This document shows positions 31,154 to 42,470 of a DNA stretch of 63,355 bases, in pieces; position 1 is the stretch's first letter; the number at the start of each line of letters is the position of its first letter. The notes under the pieces were generated by a model that was not told where the DNA came from, did not search any database, and saw only the letters and a program-made list of their open reading frames with translations. Origin of the DNA: Thraustochytrium aureum (Eukaryota); NCBI GenBank assembly GCA_012862495.1, contig BLSG01000161.1, forward strand, positions 1 to 63,355, given 5' to 3'. The position numbers and the translations under genes were made by a program.

Positions 31154-33577
31154 TCACTCTGCATGCTGCGGGTTGAAGGCCGAGACCGAGTGGCTCTGGC
31201 CGGCCACCTCCCCAATCGAGACGGCAGGATCTGCGGCGGCGCGCCTCCGGCGGCGCACCACGAGGAACGCCGCGGCCGCAGCCACAAACCCGACGACACC
31301 AGCCCCTGCGCCGACGTACACCCCAGCGCCAACCTCGGCGCCAACGACGGCAGAGCTAGGGCCGCTGAGCGGAGCGCGGAAGGCGGTCGATGCGTCCAGC
31401 GCGTTGCAGGCTAGCGTCTGGTACTCTTCGCACCAGTTGGAGTCCACAAAGTCCTCGCGGACGAACACGGCGTAGCCGAAGGCCTCGAGGCGCGCGTTGC
31501 CGCCAAAGGCTTCGAGCTTGTACCCGCCGCCTGGCGCCGGGTCGACCCAGGCCACTTGATCAGGGTTGAAGATGTTGATGAACTTGTTCGATGGCGCCTG
31601 TTGTGCAACGCCATAGTCGACGTAAACCCACGGGAGCCCCGTCCGCGGCGTGCCGCGAGCATTGATCATTACAACGATCTCCTGCTGCTGGTGGAGCCGC
31701 GAAAAGACAATGAGGCCGCGGTCGTCCTGGTCGGTCCAGCGCGTCCACTGCGCCCCGCGCCGCAGCGCGACGCAAGACTGACGCACATGGTTAAGCCGTT
31801 TGACGTGGTCCGAGATGGGTTGCGGTTGCAGGTACGGGTCTTGCTGCCAGTTGGCTGCAGAGAAAGGGTTCGCGGTGCGCCGCGGGAGGTGAATGTCGAC
31901 AAACTTGGCGCTGAGGGTCCGGTCGGCCATCCCAAGGCTGAAGCCGCCGCCCACCCACATTGTCTGTCTAAAGAGCGCGTCGCGGTCGTTGATCGAGGGG
32001 TCATCGGAGCAGAGCTTTTGCATGCGCAGTGTGGCGGCCTGCGTGGGGAGGTCGATGGAGCTCCACCAGCAGTTGCCATTGAAGCCGAGCTCAGAGCCGT
32101 AGTAGACGATCGGCATACCGCGCGCCGTGTGGATGTACGTGTATCCGGCAAGGACGATGCCGGCTTGGTTGCGCTGGCTCTCGCCCGCGAGCAGACGGGG
32201 CCAGTCATGGATGTCGACGTGGAGGAAAAAGTTGCTCTGGTCGGCCTGCTGCATCATGCTCCGACGCGAAGCGTCGTTATCGAGCGTGTTCTGGATCCGA
32301 GAGGGCGCCGCTTCGCCGCGCATCACGTCTTTGGTGGACCCCGAGTGGGCAAAGTCGTACACCGAGGTTGTTCCGGGAAATGGCTGCTTGGGGTGCTTGG
32401 ACCAGATCGCGCGAGTCTCCTCGATCACCTGGCGCGTACGGGGCAGGACGCGGTCGTTCTCGATCGTGCCGAGGATGGCGTCCTGCCAGGTGGGGCCCTG
32501 CACCACCTCGCCAATGACGTAAAAGTTGTCCTTGCCAATCGAGAGTGCGTAGTCCCGCACCATCGAGCTAAAGTACGGCAGAAGGCTGTCCGAGACGTGC
32601 TTGGCCGCGTCGAGGCGCAGACCGTCCACGTCGGTTGCGGCGATCCAGTACTTGGCCATCTCTGTTAGCGCTAGGTGCACGTCCGGGTGCGCGGTCTGGA
32701 AATCGTACATTTCGAACACAAAGTCAGAGTACTTGGAGTCGGGGAATACGTCAACGCCGCCAAAGATGGAGCTCTTCCCGCAACGAGAAAAGTACTCTTG
32801 CCGCTTGAGCGGCGGCAGAAAGCCCTCACCAAACTCGAGCTCGCCGCGGCCGTCGATGAACCCGCTGTTGCCGTCCAGAAACGACTGGACCGTGCCGCGC
32901 TGCTCGAGCCCGAAGAGCCCGTCGACGCATTTGGTGTGCGCGTCGGAGGGGAAGCCCGGGTAAGGGTCTTTATACTTTGTTGTGACGTCGCAAACATGGT
33001 TGATGACAAAGTCGAGGACGACGCGCATGCCGCGCTTGTGCGCCTCGCGAACGAACTCTTGAAACTCCTCGAACGTGCCAAACTTGGGGTCGATCTTGAG
33101 GTGGTTGGTCACGCAGTACCCGTGGAACTGGCCCCCGTTGTTGTAGAACACGCTGGTAGGAAAGACTATGTCCATGCCCAGGCTTGCGATGTAGTCCAGG
33201 CGGTCAATCATGCCGCGGATATCGCCGCCGTGTGTGTACACATGGAGGTTCTCGTAGTTGCCCGACTCTAGCTCCTCGCGCTGAAAGTCTTGCAGGTTGA
33301 GCCCGTCGTTGCTCGCGTTCCCGTTGTTGAATCTGTCAGGAAAGATCTGGTACGTGCTGAGGTCGCCCCAGTGCTCTGGGCTCGGCATGCGTTGCACCCC
33401 AGTTGCGGCAAACTGCTGCTCGCCGAACGCCGTCAGCGATTCCGCCCACTCGCGCATGACTTGGCGTCCGTTTGGTCCAGACGCGTCGGGCATGTTGTCC
33501 ACCGGGTTCCCTTGCGCAGGGTCCAAGGTCGCGGCCGCGAGCAATGCGGCGGCCGTCGCGGCGTACCTGAGCACCAT
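31154..33577 (-). CDS. Membrane-anchored GH13 alpha-amylase-family enzyme (paralog A)
   Basis: Signal peptide MVLRYAATAAALLAAA; YQIFPDRFNNG; GGDIRGMIDRLDYI; region I DFVINH; region II GLRLDAAKH (Asp nucleophile); region III IGEV; region IV DIHDWPR; C-terminal TM followed by RRRRR. Confidence 0.92.
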   Translation of the reverse strand: MVLRYAATAAALLAAATLDPAQGNPVDNMPDASGPNGRQVMREWAESLTAFGEQQFAATGVQRMPSPEHWGDLSTYQIFPDRFNNGNASNDGLNLQDFQREELESGNYENLHVYTHGGDIRGMIDRLDYIASLGMDIVFPTSVFYNNGGQFHGYCVTNHLKIDPKFGTFEEFQEFVREAHKRGMRVVLDFVINHVCDVTTKYKDPYPGFPSDAHTKCVDGLFGLEQRGTVQSFLDGNSGFIDGRGELEFGEGFLPPLKRQEYFSRCGKSSIFGGVDVFPDSKYSDFVFEMYDFQTAHPDVHLALTEMAKYWIAATDVDGLRLDAAKHVSDSLLPYFSSMVRDYALSIGKDNFYVIGEVVQGPTWQDAILGTIENDRVLPRTRQVIEETRAIWSKHPKQPFPGTTSVYDFAHSGSTKDVMRGEAAPSRIQNTLDNDASRRSMMQQADQSNFFLHVDIHDWPRLLAGESQRNQAGIVLAGYTYIHTARGMPIVYYGSELGFNGNCWWSSIDLPTQAATLRMQKLCSDDPSINDRDALFRQTMWVGGGFSLGMADRTLSAKFVDIHLPRRTANPFSAANWQQDPYLQPQPISDHVKRLNHVRQSCVALRRGAQWTRWTDQDDRGLIVFSRLHQQQEIVVMINARGTPRTGLPWVYVDYGVAQQAPSNKFINIFNPDQVAWVDPAPGGGYKLEAFGGNARLEAFGYAVFVREDFVDSNWCEEYQTLACNALDASTAFRAPLSGPSSAVVGAEVGAGVYVGAGAGVVGFVAAAAAFLVVRRRRRAAADPAVSIGEVAGQSHSVSAFNPQHAE

Positions 33578-35343
33578 TTTGGTTGCCTCGGTCTCAGGCA
33601 ACTTGGAGAGGCTATTGCTTGTTTGGCCAGAGTGGCAACAAGTACTGCTCTACCTGGGTGGCGGTCTTGGCGTTCGGCGCGGCAGTGGCGTTCGCCGAAA
33701 CGGGGTTTGCTCGCGTCGCGCTCCGCAACGAAAGCCAGGGGCCTCGCGCTCGTCTTCGCTTTTGCTACTTGCAGAGGTGTCCCATCCTGGACTCCCAAGT
33801 GGCGGAAGCGACCAGCGAAGCCTAAAGTCGGACGTGTCCCTGCGGTTTTCAGCAGCGCCGGTGCGACCTTTGACGCCGCCCCCCGCCCTCTCCCCCGTGT
33901 TCAGGGCAGGATCCATCGCATTGAGCAAAGATCTCTGGCAGTGCGATCTTCTTGTCGCCAGCCACACAAACGCACTGGCGCGGGGAACTGCTACTGGCAG
34001 CGCACGTGGTGAGTAGAGTAAGTACCACAACCCGATGAGGAAACCAGATCCGAATACGTCTGCACGCGCTGCTGTGGCTCCTCCCCGGCCGGTACAAATC
34101 GCAGCAACCGCACGCCGAATCCATCGCCAGCTCGCTCGCCGCACGCAATTCACCCCGACGACGCTCCGCCAGGAAGCCGCAAGCGTCAGCGATGGCGAGC
34201 AAAGTCGAGTACTTTCCTGGCCAATCCGCGCGAGCAGAGATCAACCCAACTCGAGTGAGCATGTCGTACTTACTTGTAATTACAAGACAATGTCCATTTC
34301 AACCCAAACAACCTGCGCAGAGCATGTCGGGGCACGTCGAATCCTCCTCGGCCGGAAGCTTGACACCGCCGAGCTCGCACGAGGAACTTTGCAAGCCTGC
34401 ATGCGTCATGAGCGACGCAGCGTCTCGCACGCACACGGGACTGCTTCGTCTTTTTCTCGGCTCGCGACGTCGCCGCATGCGGGTCCCCTATTCAAGACTT
34501 TATTAACGAAAATACGCTCAACGAATACTATATTTCAATTTTTAAAAGGCAAATGTGACTTTTCAAGATACAGATAAGGAAAAGGTTGTGCTCGCGGGTT
34601 CCCTTGAGAGACCATTGTGGGGTGCGCAGATACGGCAGGAAGTGAGACTATCCGACCGCGAGCTTGATCAAGACGAAGGCGTGGACGGGGCGCGGCGGCG
34701 ACGTCGGCACGGGCAGGCAGAGCGTGATGGGTGCACTTTATTTTGCTTCGAAGACGAAACTGCGCTGGCTCAGATGTTGATGCGAAGCGCAGCCACGTGG
34801 CAGTCGCACCGGTATCCTTCGCCGGTCTTGTCCCAGCGCGTGGTTCGCGACTCGCAACTGGCAAAATGCTCTCCTTCCTTGCGAGCGCGGCTTGATGTGC
34901 GGTGCGCTTTGTTGTTGGCTCCCGGTAGGTAGAGGAGCGAACTGGCGGGCGATTGTGGGTCGGAGGGCGGGCGGGCGCGCGACCGCCTCTCGCCACTGTC
35001 AACAGCGCGATCGAGCGGCCTCGGGCTGCGCTCGATCGTCCCAACCGCGATTGTGCTGTTCACAGCGTGTGCGCTCTAGCGAAGCGGACCTGAGGCCGGC
35101 CTCCTTGTTGGTAGGTGCTTGACGGGCGTGCTCGGTGCTGGAAGCATGCAAGTGCTTGCCAGCGCTGCTTGTCGGCAGTGTTGGCAAGCGGAAACCCAAA
35201 AAATCCACTCGGCGCCGGGCCGCCGAGCGATCCAACAGACCAGAATCGCAACGAGCGCAATACAACACAAGAACAAGAAGCCAGACGAGGCAAATCGTGC
35301 AAGCAAAAACGTTGGCAAGTTTCGGCCTCCGTTCGTCAGCGGC

Positions 35344-37734
35344 ATGAAGGGGCTCCTGCTGTGGTCAAGCGCCATTGCGGCAGTTGCGGGACAATCCCCG
35401 CTCCTCGACCTGCCCGTCGCCGAGAATGACCTCGAAGGCACGATCGCGTGGGCCAAGTCCTTGAGCGGATTTGGTGAGCAGCAATTCGCCGCGACTGGGG
35501 CGACGCGCATGCCGAGCCCAGAGTACTGGGGCGACCTCACCATGTACCAGGTCATGCCCGACAGGTTCAACAACGGCAACTCGAGCAACGACCGCAACAA
35601 CCTCGAGCGGTTTCAGCGCGAGGAGATGGCCTCAGGCAACTTGCTCAACGTGCACCTTTACGCGCACGGTGGCGACATCCGCGGCATGATTGACCGCCTC
35701 GACTATCTGCAGTGGCTCGGCATCGACGTGCTTTACCCGACAGCATTGAACTTTAACCGCGGAGGCCAGTTTCACGGCTATTGCGTGAGCAACCACCTGG
35801 AGATCGACCCCAAGTTCGGAACGCTCGCTGACATGCAAGAGCTCACGCGCGAGGCCCACAAGCGCGGAATCCGGGTGATCATGGACTTCGTGATCAACCA
35901 CCTGTGCGCCCCGGGTACAAGCTACGAGGGTGGGACACCAAGCCAGGCAGACCGCGTCGCCTGCTCGTGGGACCTTTGGAACGCAGAGAGTAACCCGAAC
36001 ACGAGCAAGGACCAGATTCCGCGACGTCGCCGGCTCCAGTTCTCCAACGACTTCTTTCCTCCGCTGCGGCACCAAAAGTTCTTCTCGCGTTGCGGGCCCG
36101 CGGACAGGTCCGAGTCCTTTGGGACTTTCGGCCCCACGGTTTACAGCGACTTCACAGGCGAGATGCTCGACTTGGAAACCAGCGAACCAGACGTGCAGCT
36201 GATCATGACTGAGATGGCAAAGTACTGGGTTGCCGCGGCCGACGTGGACGGCTTTCGCCTGGACGCGACCAAGCACGTCTCGGACGGCTATGTGGCCTAC
36301 TTTAGCACGATGGTGCGCGACTATGCGCTCTCGGTCGGCAAGGACAACTTTTACGTTATCGGGGAGACCTTGGCTCCTTATGACTGGCAGGCCCGCCAGC
36401 TCGGGCAAATGACGGACACGATCACGGAGGTCACCAAGCAGCGTGTTGCCACCCTCCGGGACACGTACCTGCGCCATCCGAAGCAAAAGTTTCCGGGGCT
36501 CACCGCCGCCTACGATCTCGCGCACGGCGGCAGCGCAAAGGCCGTGTTCCGCGGCGAGGCGTCAACGCGAGCTATCGAAAACACGCTCGGGGAAGCATCC
36601 CGGCGATGGGTGACAGACCGCTCTGACGCTGGGACGAACTGGATCGTCATGGACCAGCACGACTTTCCGCGCCTCTTGGTAGGCCAAGGCAAGCGCGAGA
36701 ACGCCGGCATCTCCAAGGCGGCCTACAGCTACGCCCTCGCGGCCAAAGGTGTGCCTTACATCTACTACGGCTCCGAGCAGGGCTTCAACAGCGACTGCTA
36801 CTGGGACGCAATCGACGTCGGCAACGCTGCAGCCACCCAGCGCATCCAAGGCGTCTGCTCTGGCAACCCGCAAGTCGGCGGGTACGACACGCTCTATCGC
36901 CAAACGATGTGGAAGAACGGCGGCTGGTCCCTCGGCATGGCCGACCGGACCCGCGCCGCGAGCCTCGTCCGCATTGCCCGCCCGCTCGGGGCCGCCAACG
37001 AGTTTAGCAAGGATTGGGAGCAAGATCCGTTCTTGGGCGCCAACGAGATTTCGTCCACAGTGCGCCGGATGAACTTTGTACGCAGCTCCTGCCCCGCTTT
37101 GCGCCGCGGCTCGCAAAATATCCGCTGGGTGGACGACGACTGGGGCCTCCTCGCGTTCTCGCGCATCTACGGAGCACAGGAGATTGTCGTGGTCATCAAC
37201 GCGCGCGGCGATGTCAAGCAGCTGCCCTGGTTCTTCGTGGACCGGTCCATCGCCAGCGGGGCCCCGACCAACAAGTACGTCGACCTTCTCAACCCAGACC
37301 GCGTGGCCTGGGTCGATCCAGCGCCGAACAATGCCGGCTTCAAGATCGAGGCCTTTGGCGACAACAAGCGGCTCGGCCCGTACGAGACGGCCATCTTCGT
37401 GCGCGAGGATATGCTAGGCTCTTGGTGCGAGGACTATGGCGCGATTGCGTGCAGCGACGTTGACCCGATGTCAGTCTTGGTGAACGCGCCGAAGGCGGCT
37501 GACGAGGCCCCTTCTGGCGATGGCGCCTCTGGAACCAATGCTGCCGTCGCAGCTGGTGTGTCTGGCGCTGTGCTCGGCTTCGTTGGCGCAGCTGCCTTTG
37601 TTGCAGTACGCCGGCGCCGCCAACGCTCTGTCGACGGTTCTGGCTCTGCGACCGCTCTGGAGGCAGGGCGGCACAAGTCGATGGTCGGCGAGCCGCCTGC
37701 TGCTTCAATGCCGGCAGTCAGACCGGTTGTCTGA
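35344..37734 (+). CDS. Membrane-anchored GH13 alpha-amylase-family enzyme (paralog B)
   Basis: Signal peptide MKGLLLWSSAIAAVAG; YQVMPDRFNNG; DFVINH; GFRLDATKH; IGET; DQHDFPR; C-terminal TM followed by RRRR. Colinear with paralog A over its whole length. Confidence 0.92.
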   Translation: MKGLLLWSSAIAAVAGQSPLLDLPVAENDLEGTIAWAKSLSGFGEQQFAATGATRMPSPEYWGDLTMYQVMPDRFNNGNSSNDRNNLERFQREEMASGNLLNVHLYAHGGDIRGMIDRLDYLQWLGIDVLYPTALNFNRGGQFHGYCVSNHLEIDPKFGTLADMQELTREAHKRGIRVIMDFVINHLCAPGTSYEGGTPSQADRVACSWDLWNAESNPNTSKDQIPRRRRLQFSNDFFPPLRHQKFFSRCGPADRSESFGTFGPTVYSDFTGEMLDLETSEPDVQLIMTEMAKYWVAAADVDGFRLDATKHVSDGYVAYFSTMVRDYALSVGKDNFYVIGETLAPYDWQARQLGQMTDTITEVTKQRVATLRDTYLRHPKQKFPGLTAAYDLAHGGSAKAVFRGEASTRAIENTLGEASRRWVTDRSDAGTNWIVMDQHDFPRLLVGQGKRENAGISKAAYSYALAAKGVPYIYYGSEQGFNSDCYWDAIDVGNAAATQRIQGVCSGNPQVGGYDTLYRQTMWKNGGWSLGMADRTRAASLVRIARPLGAANEFSKDWEQDPFLGANEISSTVRRMNFVRSSCPALRRGSQNIRWVDDDWGLLAFSRIYGAQEIVVVINARGDVKQLPWFFVDRSIASGAPTNKYVDLLNPDRVAWVDPAPNNAGFKIEAFGDNKRLGPYETAIFVREDMLGSWCEDYGAIACSDVDPMSVLVNAPKAADEAPSGDGASGTNAAVAAGVSGAVLGFVGAAAFVAVRRRRQRSVDGSGSATALEAGRHKSMVGEPPAASMPAVRPVV

Positions 37735-37949
37735 TCGTCGAGCAGCGGCTCGGCCTCGAGGCGGGCAAACAGCCTTATATATTCCACATCAGTCAACACT
37801 TATTTTGCTTTTTATTCATTCCTACGAGCCGATCCGTGCTTGGGCGTGTCCGTGCGGCGGGCCGGCTGCTTGTGCTCACTGCAGACTGCAGACGCGCACT
37901 CTCTCCGAAAGAATCGAAGCCTCGGCTTTCCTCCCCCGGCCATCACTCA

Positions 37950-40752
37950 CTAATGGGGGCGAATGCTACGCCCACTAATCTGGTACGCTGGCTCACCGCT
38001 TGTGTCGCCCATCTTGGTTTCGCCGGTGGCGTCGCGGGCTTTGCCTTGCCCATTGACCCTGGCGTGCGCCTCCTTCTCTTCGAAGACTGCACCGTCCTCG
38101 TCATCCTCGTAGTCGATGTTGGCGTCGTTGCTGGTCAAGTCGCCATCATCGTCGTTGTCGTCGCCTTCCTCCTGGCAGTCAGACTTGCTTTCGCTGGCCC
38201 GCTGTCTCAGGGATTTTCGAGGATGCTGACGCCGTCTGGCAGGGCCTTTGATCCCGAATCCCGCGATGCTCAGCTCAGCCGCGTCCAGCTTTCGGCGGAG
38301 CTCGAAAGGCGACGCATAGAGCACCTCCCACTTGCCCATTTCGGCATCGCTGCTGGTCGCCCTACCGCTGAGCTTGCGCTTGCCGCACGGCAAGGTCTTG
38401 TACTTGACGTCTAGAACGACGCCGACCGCCTCGCGCAGCGCTGCGCTTGCCAGCTCCTCAGTAACCTTGGTTGAGTACTCCATGGACGGGCTCGAGTTGA
38501 TTTCGATCAGCCAGGGGTCCAGGTCCTCGTCCAGCATAAAGTCAAACCCGTAGATCTCGAACGAGTGCGTGCGGGGCTGCACGAGATCTTGCACGCATGA
38601 GAGCGACCTTCGCACAATCTGCTGCAGCCCAGGTTTGATCCGCTCAGCCCAGGTTGCCTTTCCGTCGAGTCCGCACTGGTTCAGGTGAGCGATAAAGTCG
38701 TCCCGTTTCCACATGTTGCCCTCAATCGGACCGGAGGAAAACTTGTCGCTGTGCTTGGAGATGCTGTTGTTCGCGAGGTGGATGAAGCGGTCCTCGAGGT
38801 CGTCCAGAGAGTACTCGCCCACGCAGAACCGCAGGTAGCAGTCGTCGTAAAAATAGATGGTGAGCGGGTTCCAGCTGGTGACCATGACCCACTGCCGGAT
38901 GTCGAACTTGCGGTTGTAGACGATGCGCGAGTTCTCCATGTACTTTTGGACCACCCATTTGGTCGTCTCCTGCGAGCTTGCGCGCGTGTAGCGCATCAGC
39001 TTGTCGAGGTCGTCGAAACACTGGATTCCTCGGCCTCGCGACTTGCCCGCGGGCTTGACGATCCAAACGTTCTTGCCCACGTCTCCGTTCAGCTTGGCTT
39101 GCGGCCCGCGGAAGTTTTCGACCAACGCAAGCGCCTTGAGCGCCTTGTCGAGCACTTCGTGCGAGAGCGGAGCAACGTCAAGCTGGCCGCCTTTGTCCGC
39201 GCCAAGCAGGCGCTTGATCTGGAAGACTACGTAGCGGCGCACCTCTTTCGCGTTGGCTTCTGCGGCCTCGGCATCGTCCTGCGCCGCGGGGCCATCCCCC
39301 TCGCCGCCGCCACCACCTCCAGATCCACAGCTAGCACGAGCGAGGGGCGCGACGCGTGCCCCGACAGAGGCGAAAAGCTCATAGAGCTTGTCGATGTTGC
39401 CCGAGAGACCGAGTTGACGCATACGCGAGAGCAGCGAGCCAGACGGCGCGCCGCTCCCTACATCGAGGTCGGCGTCCTTGAGCAGCGCCCACTCGAGGAC
39501 CGAAACGGTCGGCGGCAAGAAGCTCGCCGGCGAGTCCACGTACGAGTCGTTGAATCGCGACGCAAATCGCTTGCAAACGCGCCCGGCAGTTTCGACGACA
39601 AACGGGCTCGCGAGCACTTGCGGTCCGGCGCCGCACTGGCACGACTCGCGCCCTTGCTCAGGGCTCTGGCAGTGGGGGCACTTGGAGGCGCGGCGGACCT
39701 GCTTGAGCAGCCGCTCGGCCGCTGTAACGCAAAAGTCTTCAACAAAGTCCTCGTATTCGACGCCGCCCGTCACGCTCAGGTTGTAGCAGCGTGGGAAAAA
39801 CGCATCAATGTCGGCCTCGTCAAACCATTTGACCTGCCGGAGGTTCTTGGAAATGCCCGCCTTGGAGCACATCTCGCCGGTCCCAAAGTACCGGTTTGCA
39901 ATTTTGGCGTCGTCGCGCAAGGTCTGGGCCGTGAACGGCGTCATTTTCATCGAAAAGTACAAGTCCCAGATCTCACTCTCGCGGTCCTTGTTCTCAAACC
40001 ACCCGCGTCGCACAAGCTCCTCCCGAACTGCTGGGTACCCGTTTGAGCAGATGAAGACTGGCGTGTCCTCTTTGATGCCGTGCCGCTGGGCCCATCGCGC
40101 GCGGTCCATGCACCGCTCTTGGTCGAATTGGGCCTCTTTGTCGCCATGTAGCGCCTCCTTGTGGCGCTTCCAGACTGTGGGGACGATGGGCGCCTTGCTG
40201 GCCTTGGCCTTTGCCGCCTCCTCCTCGGCGGCTCGCTCTTCGGCCTGCAGCTTTTGCTTTTCCGCAAGCAAGCGCTGCCGCTCCACAAGGGTCTTTTGGC
40301 TCTTGGCGCGGGCTGCCTCGGTGATCGCCTGGCGGCGGCGCTGCTCGCGCTCCTCCTGCTCGGCCTTTTCGCTCTCTTTGATGCGCCTGGCCTCGGCGAG
40401 CTTGGCGAGAAAGGCGGCGTGCCGCGGGTCGGGGCCTTTGGCTTGGGCGCGTTTGACGATGCTTTGCAGCGCGTCCTCCTGCTTGGCTTCACGCCGCTCT
40501 TCGCTGTCGTCTTGCCCGGTGGGGTTGGCTGGCGCTTTGGCGCTTGGAGTCGACTCGCGAGGCGGCCTTCTGCGTCGCTGCCGATTGAAGCTCGCGCCGG
40601 GCGCGTGCCTTGAGAGCTTCTTTCCGAGCTGCTTGGCGCTGTTCTTCCTCTGCTTTTGCCGCGCGTTCCTCCTGCAGTCGCCGCAAAAGCTCGACCTGGC
40701 GCTGCTCCGACTTGGTCGGCACCTCGACGCGCTCCCCATCGACCTGGTTCAT
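37950..40752 (-). CDS. TTLL3: Tubulin glycylase (TTLL3/TTLL8 family); probable frameshift near 40520-40570
   Basis: KNVWIVKPAGKSRGRGI, WVVQKYME, KFDIRQWVMVTSWNPLTIYFYDDCYLRF, FEIYGFDFMLDEDLDPWLIEINSSP. The coiled-coil N-terminus MNQVDGERVEV... (ATG 40752) is in a different frame from the body. Confidence 0.88.
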
Positions 40753-41264
40753 CGCGCCGCGACCGACTGCCGTACGCGCTGCGCTTGCCCTCAAGTCTTG
40801 CTTGCGCCACGGATCGCCTCCTCTGCAGCCCAACCGGCGGCCCAATCCGACGCGAGCACGTCCCCCCGCACGTCAGCAAGCCACAGCGCCACCCGAGCTC
40901 CCCCCTTGGCGTCCGCAGTCTCGCGAGCTGCGCCGCTGCTTCAACCGGGCAAGGTGGCTTTCGAGTTGGCCGCCGCAATCCCTCTCGCCCCCGCCGCCCC
41001 AGCGCCGCTAGGGCCTCGACCGTTCGCGGGCCTCTCGGCGCACAACTACCGACGGTTTCTGCCGCAGCATGCGCTTGGAGCGGCCTCAGGCGCCGCGCGG
41101 CGTCGGAGAGGAGGTGGCCGGGTCGCCCGGGGTAGCCGTTGGTCTCCAGAGGAAACGTCGAGGCCACATTTCGGGACTCAACCGAAAAAACGCGGTCCGG
41201 AATGGAGCGTTTAACGAGGCGCAAGCTGGGCAGACTCGCAATTGGACCGACGGACGCGAGCGCG

Positions 41265-41692
41265 ATGGCCGCCAACGCGAAGGGCAAGGCGACGGCGGTG
41301 CTGATGGGCGTCGTCTGCACGGGGATTGTCGGGTACGTTGCGGCCGAGTGCATGCGCTGCGCCCAGCGCTTGCTTGGTTTGCGAGGTTTTTTGCGGGCGG
41401 CGGCCGCGTGGGATGGACGCTCGCTCTCGAACGCGCGCTGACGGCGGGCGCGGCGAGCAGGTTTGCTGGGGTTTACTTACCGTTCTACTCGCAGCAGGCG
41501 GTGGTTGGTGCAGAGGCGAGGCGCGAGCTGCACAAGGGTGGGCCGCCCTCCGGGATCGGCGGGTTTGGGGAGGCGGCCAAGCCGGCGGAGTCGATGGTAC
41601 CGGGCGGGATGTGGAAGAACATTGAGCGCGCGCAGCAGCAGGCGCAGCAGCAGCAGCAGCATACCAAGGAGCAGACCAAGGAATCAAGCTAG
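41265..41692 (+). CDS. Small single-pass membrane protein (~99 aa), two exons (41265-41332 and 41461-41692)
   Basis: Donor GG|GTACGT at 41333, branch-like GCTGAC at ~41437, acceptor GCAG|G at 41460. The spliced product MAANAKGKATAVLMGVVCTGIVGFAGVYLPFYS...PGGMWKNIERAQQQ... has a continuous TM helix. Confidence 0.75.
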
Positions 41693-41755
41693 TGTGTTTC
41701 TGCCTGCCATGTCCACCGTCCGCCCGAGTTTCGCTTGCAAGAGCTCGTTGAGTTG

Positions 41756-42470
41756 CTAGCTCGTTTGCTGCTTTACGCGTTCAGCGGCGGTCGCACGGCC
41801 CCGGCTGGGCCCCCGCGGCGCGGCCCCCGCGTCGCGCACGTACTCGGCGAGGTCCGTTTGGAAGCGAGCGCTACCCAAACTAAGCGAGCGCCCGTCCGCC
41901 AAGCGCACCGGATCATGCAGCCAGCACCGACTCAGAGTGCGCCACGCATGATACGCAATCAGCTCGGCCTCCAGTGCGCAGTCCTCCGTGCGCTCCGATA
42001 TCGCCTCAATCGCTGCCCGCAAGGCGCTGCAGGCAGCGACCTCAGAGGCGCGCTCGATGTCCGCGAGGTCGACCAGAATGAGCAAAGCCTCGCAGCAGCC
42101 CTCGCGGTTCCCGGCTTTGCGAAAAGAGAGGTCCACAAGCTTTAGGTCTGCGCGCCAGAGCGTCAGCGAGCCGACGCAGGCGAGGCGCATGCTCGGCTCG
42201 ACCACGGCAGTGTCCTGCCGGCCAAGCCCGACGCCGCCCCAGTGTGCCGAACTCAGTGTTTTGGCCACGAGCCGCGCAAAACACCCCCCCGGGCGGGCCT
42301 CGCTGGGACTTGCAGGAGAGCCCGACAAGAAAGGCACAACAACCACTTGCACGGGTCGAGACGATCCGCAAGCGCCTGCGATCTGGCTTCCGCCCCGGGC
42401 GAGAAGGGCAACAGAAATCAGCGTCGAGGGCCTGCTCCCCTCCCCTGAGCCCTCGCTTGCAGAGCTACAG
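41756..42470 (-). CDS. Hypothetical protein, C-terminal fragment (5' part in the gap)
   Basis: Open frame from the gap to the stop at 41756 with helical, protein-like composition (EALLILVDLADIERASE...LEAELIAYHAWRTLSRCWL). Confidence 0.5.

Noticed and set aside
39808..41214. Long antisense ORFs over real genes (also 3163-4167, 31556-32668, 47168-48514, 54717-57333)
   Set aside because: Shadow frames caused by GC-rich codon usage; the opposite strand carries the recognisable protein.
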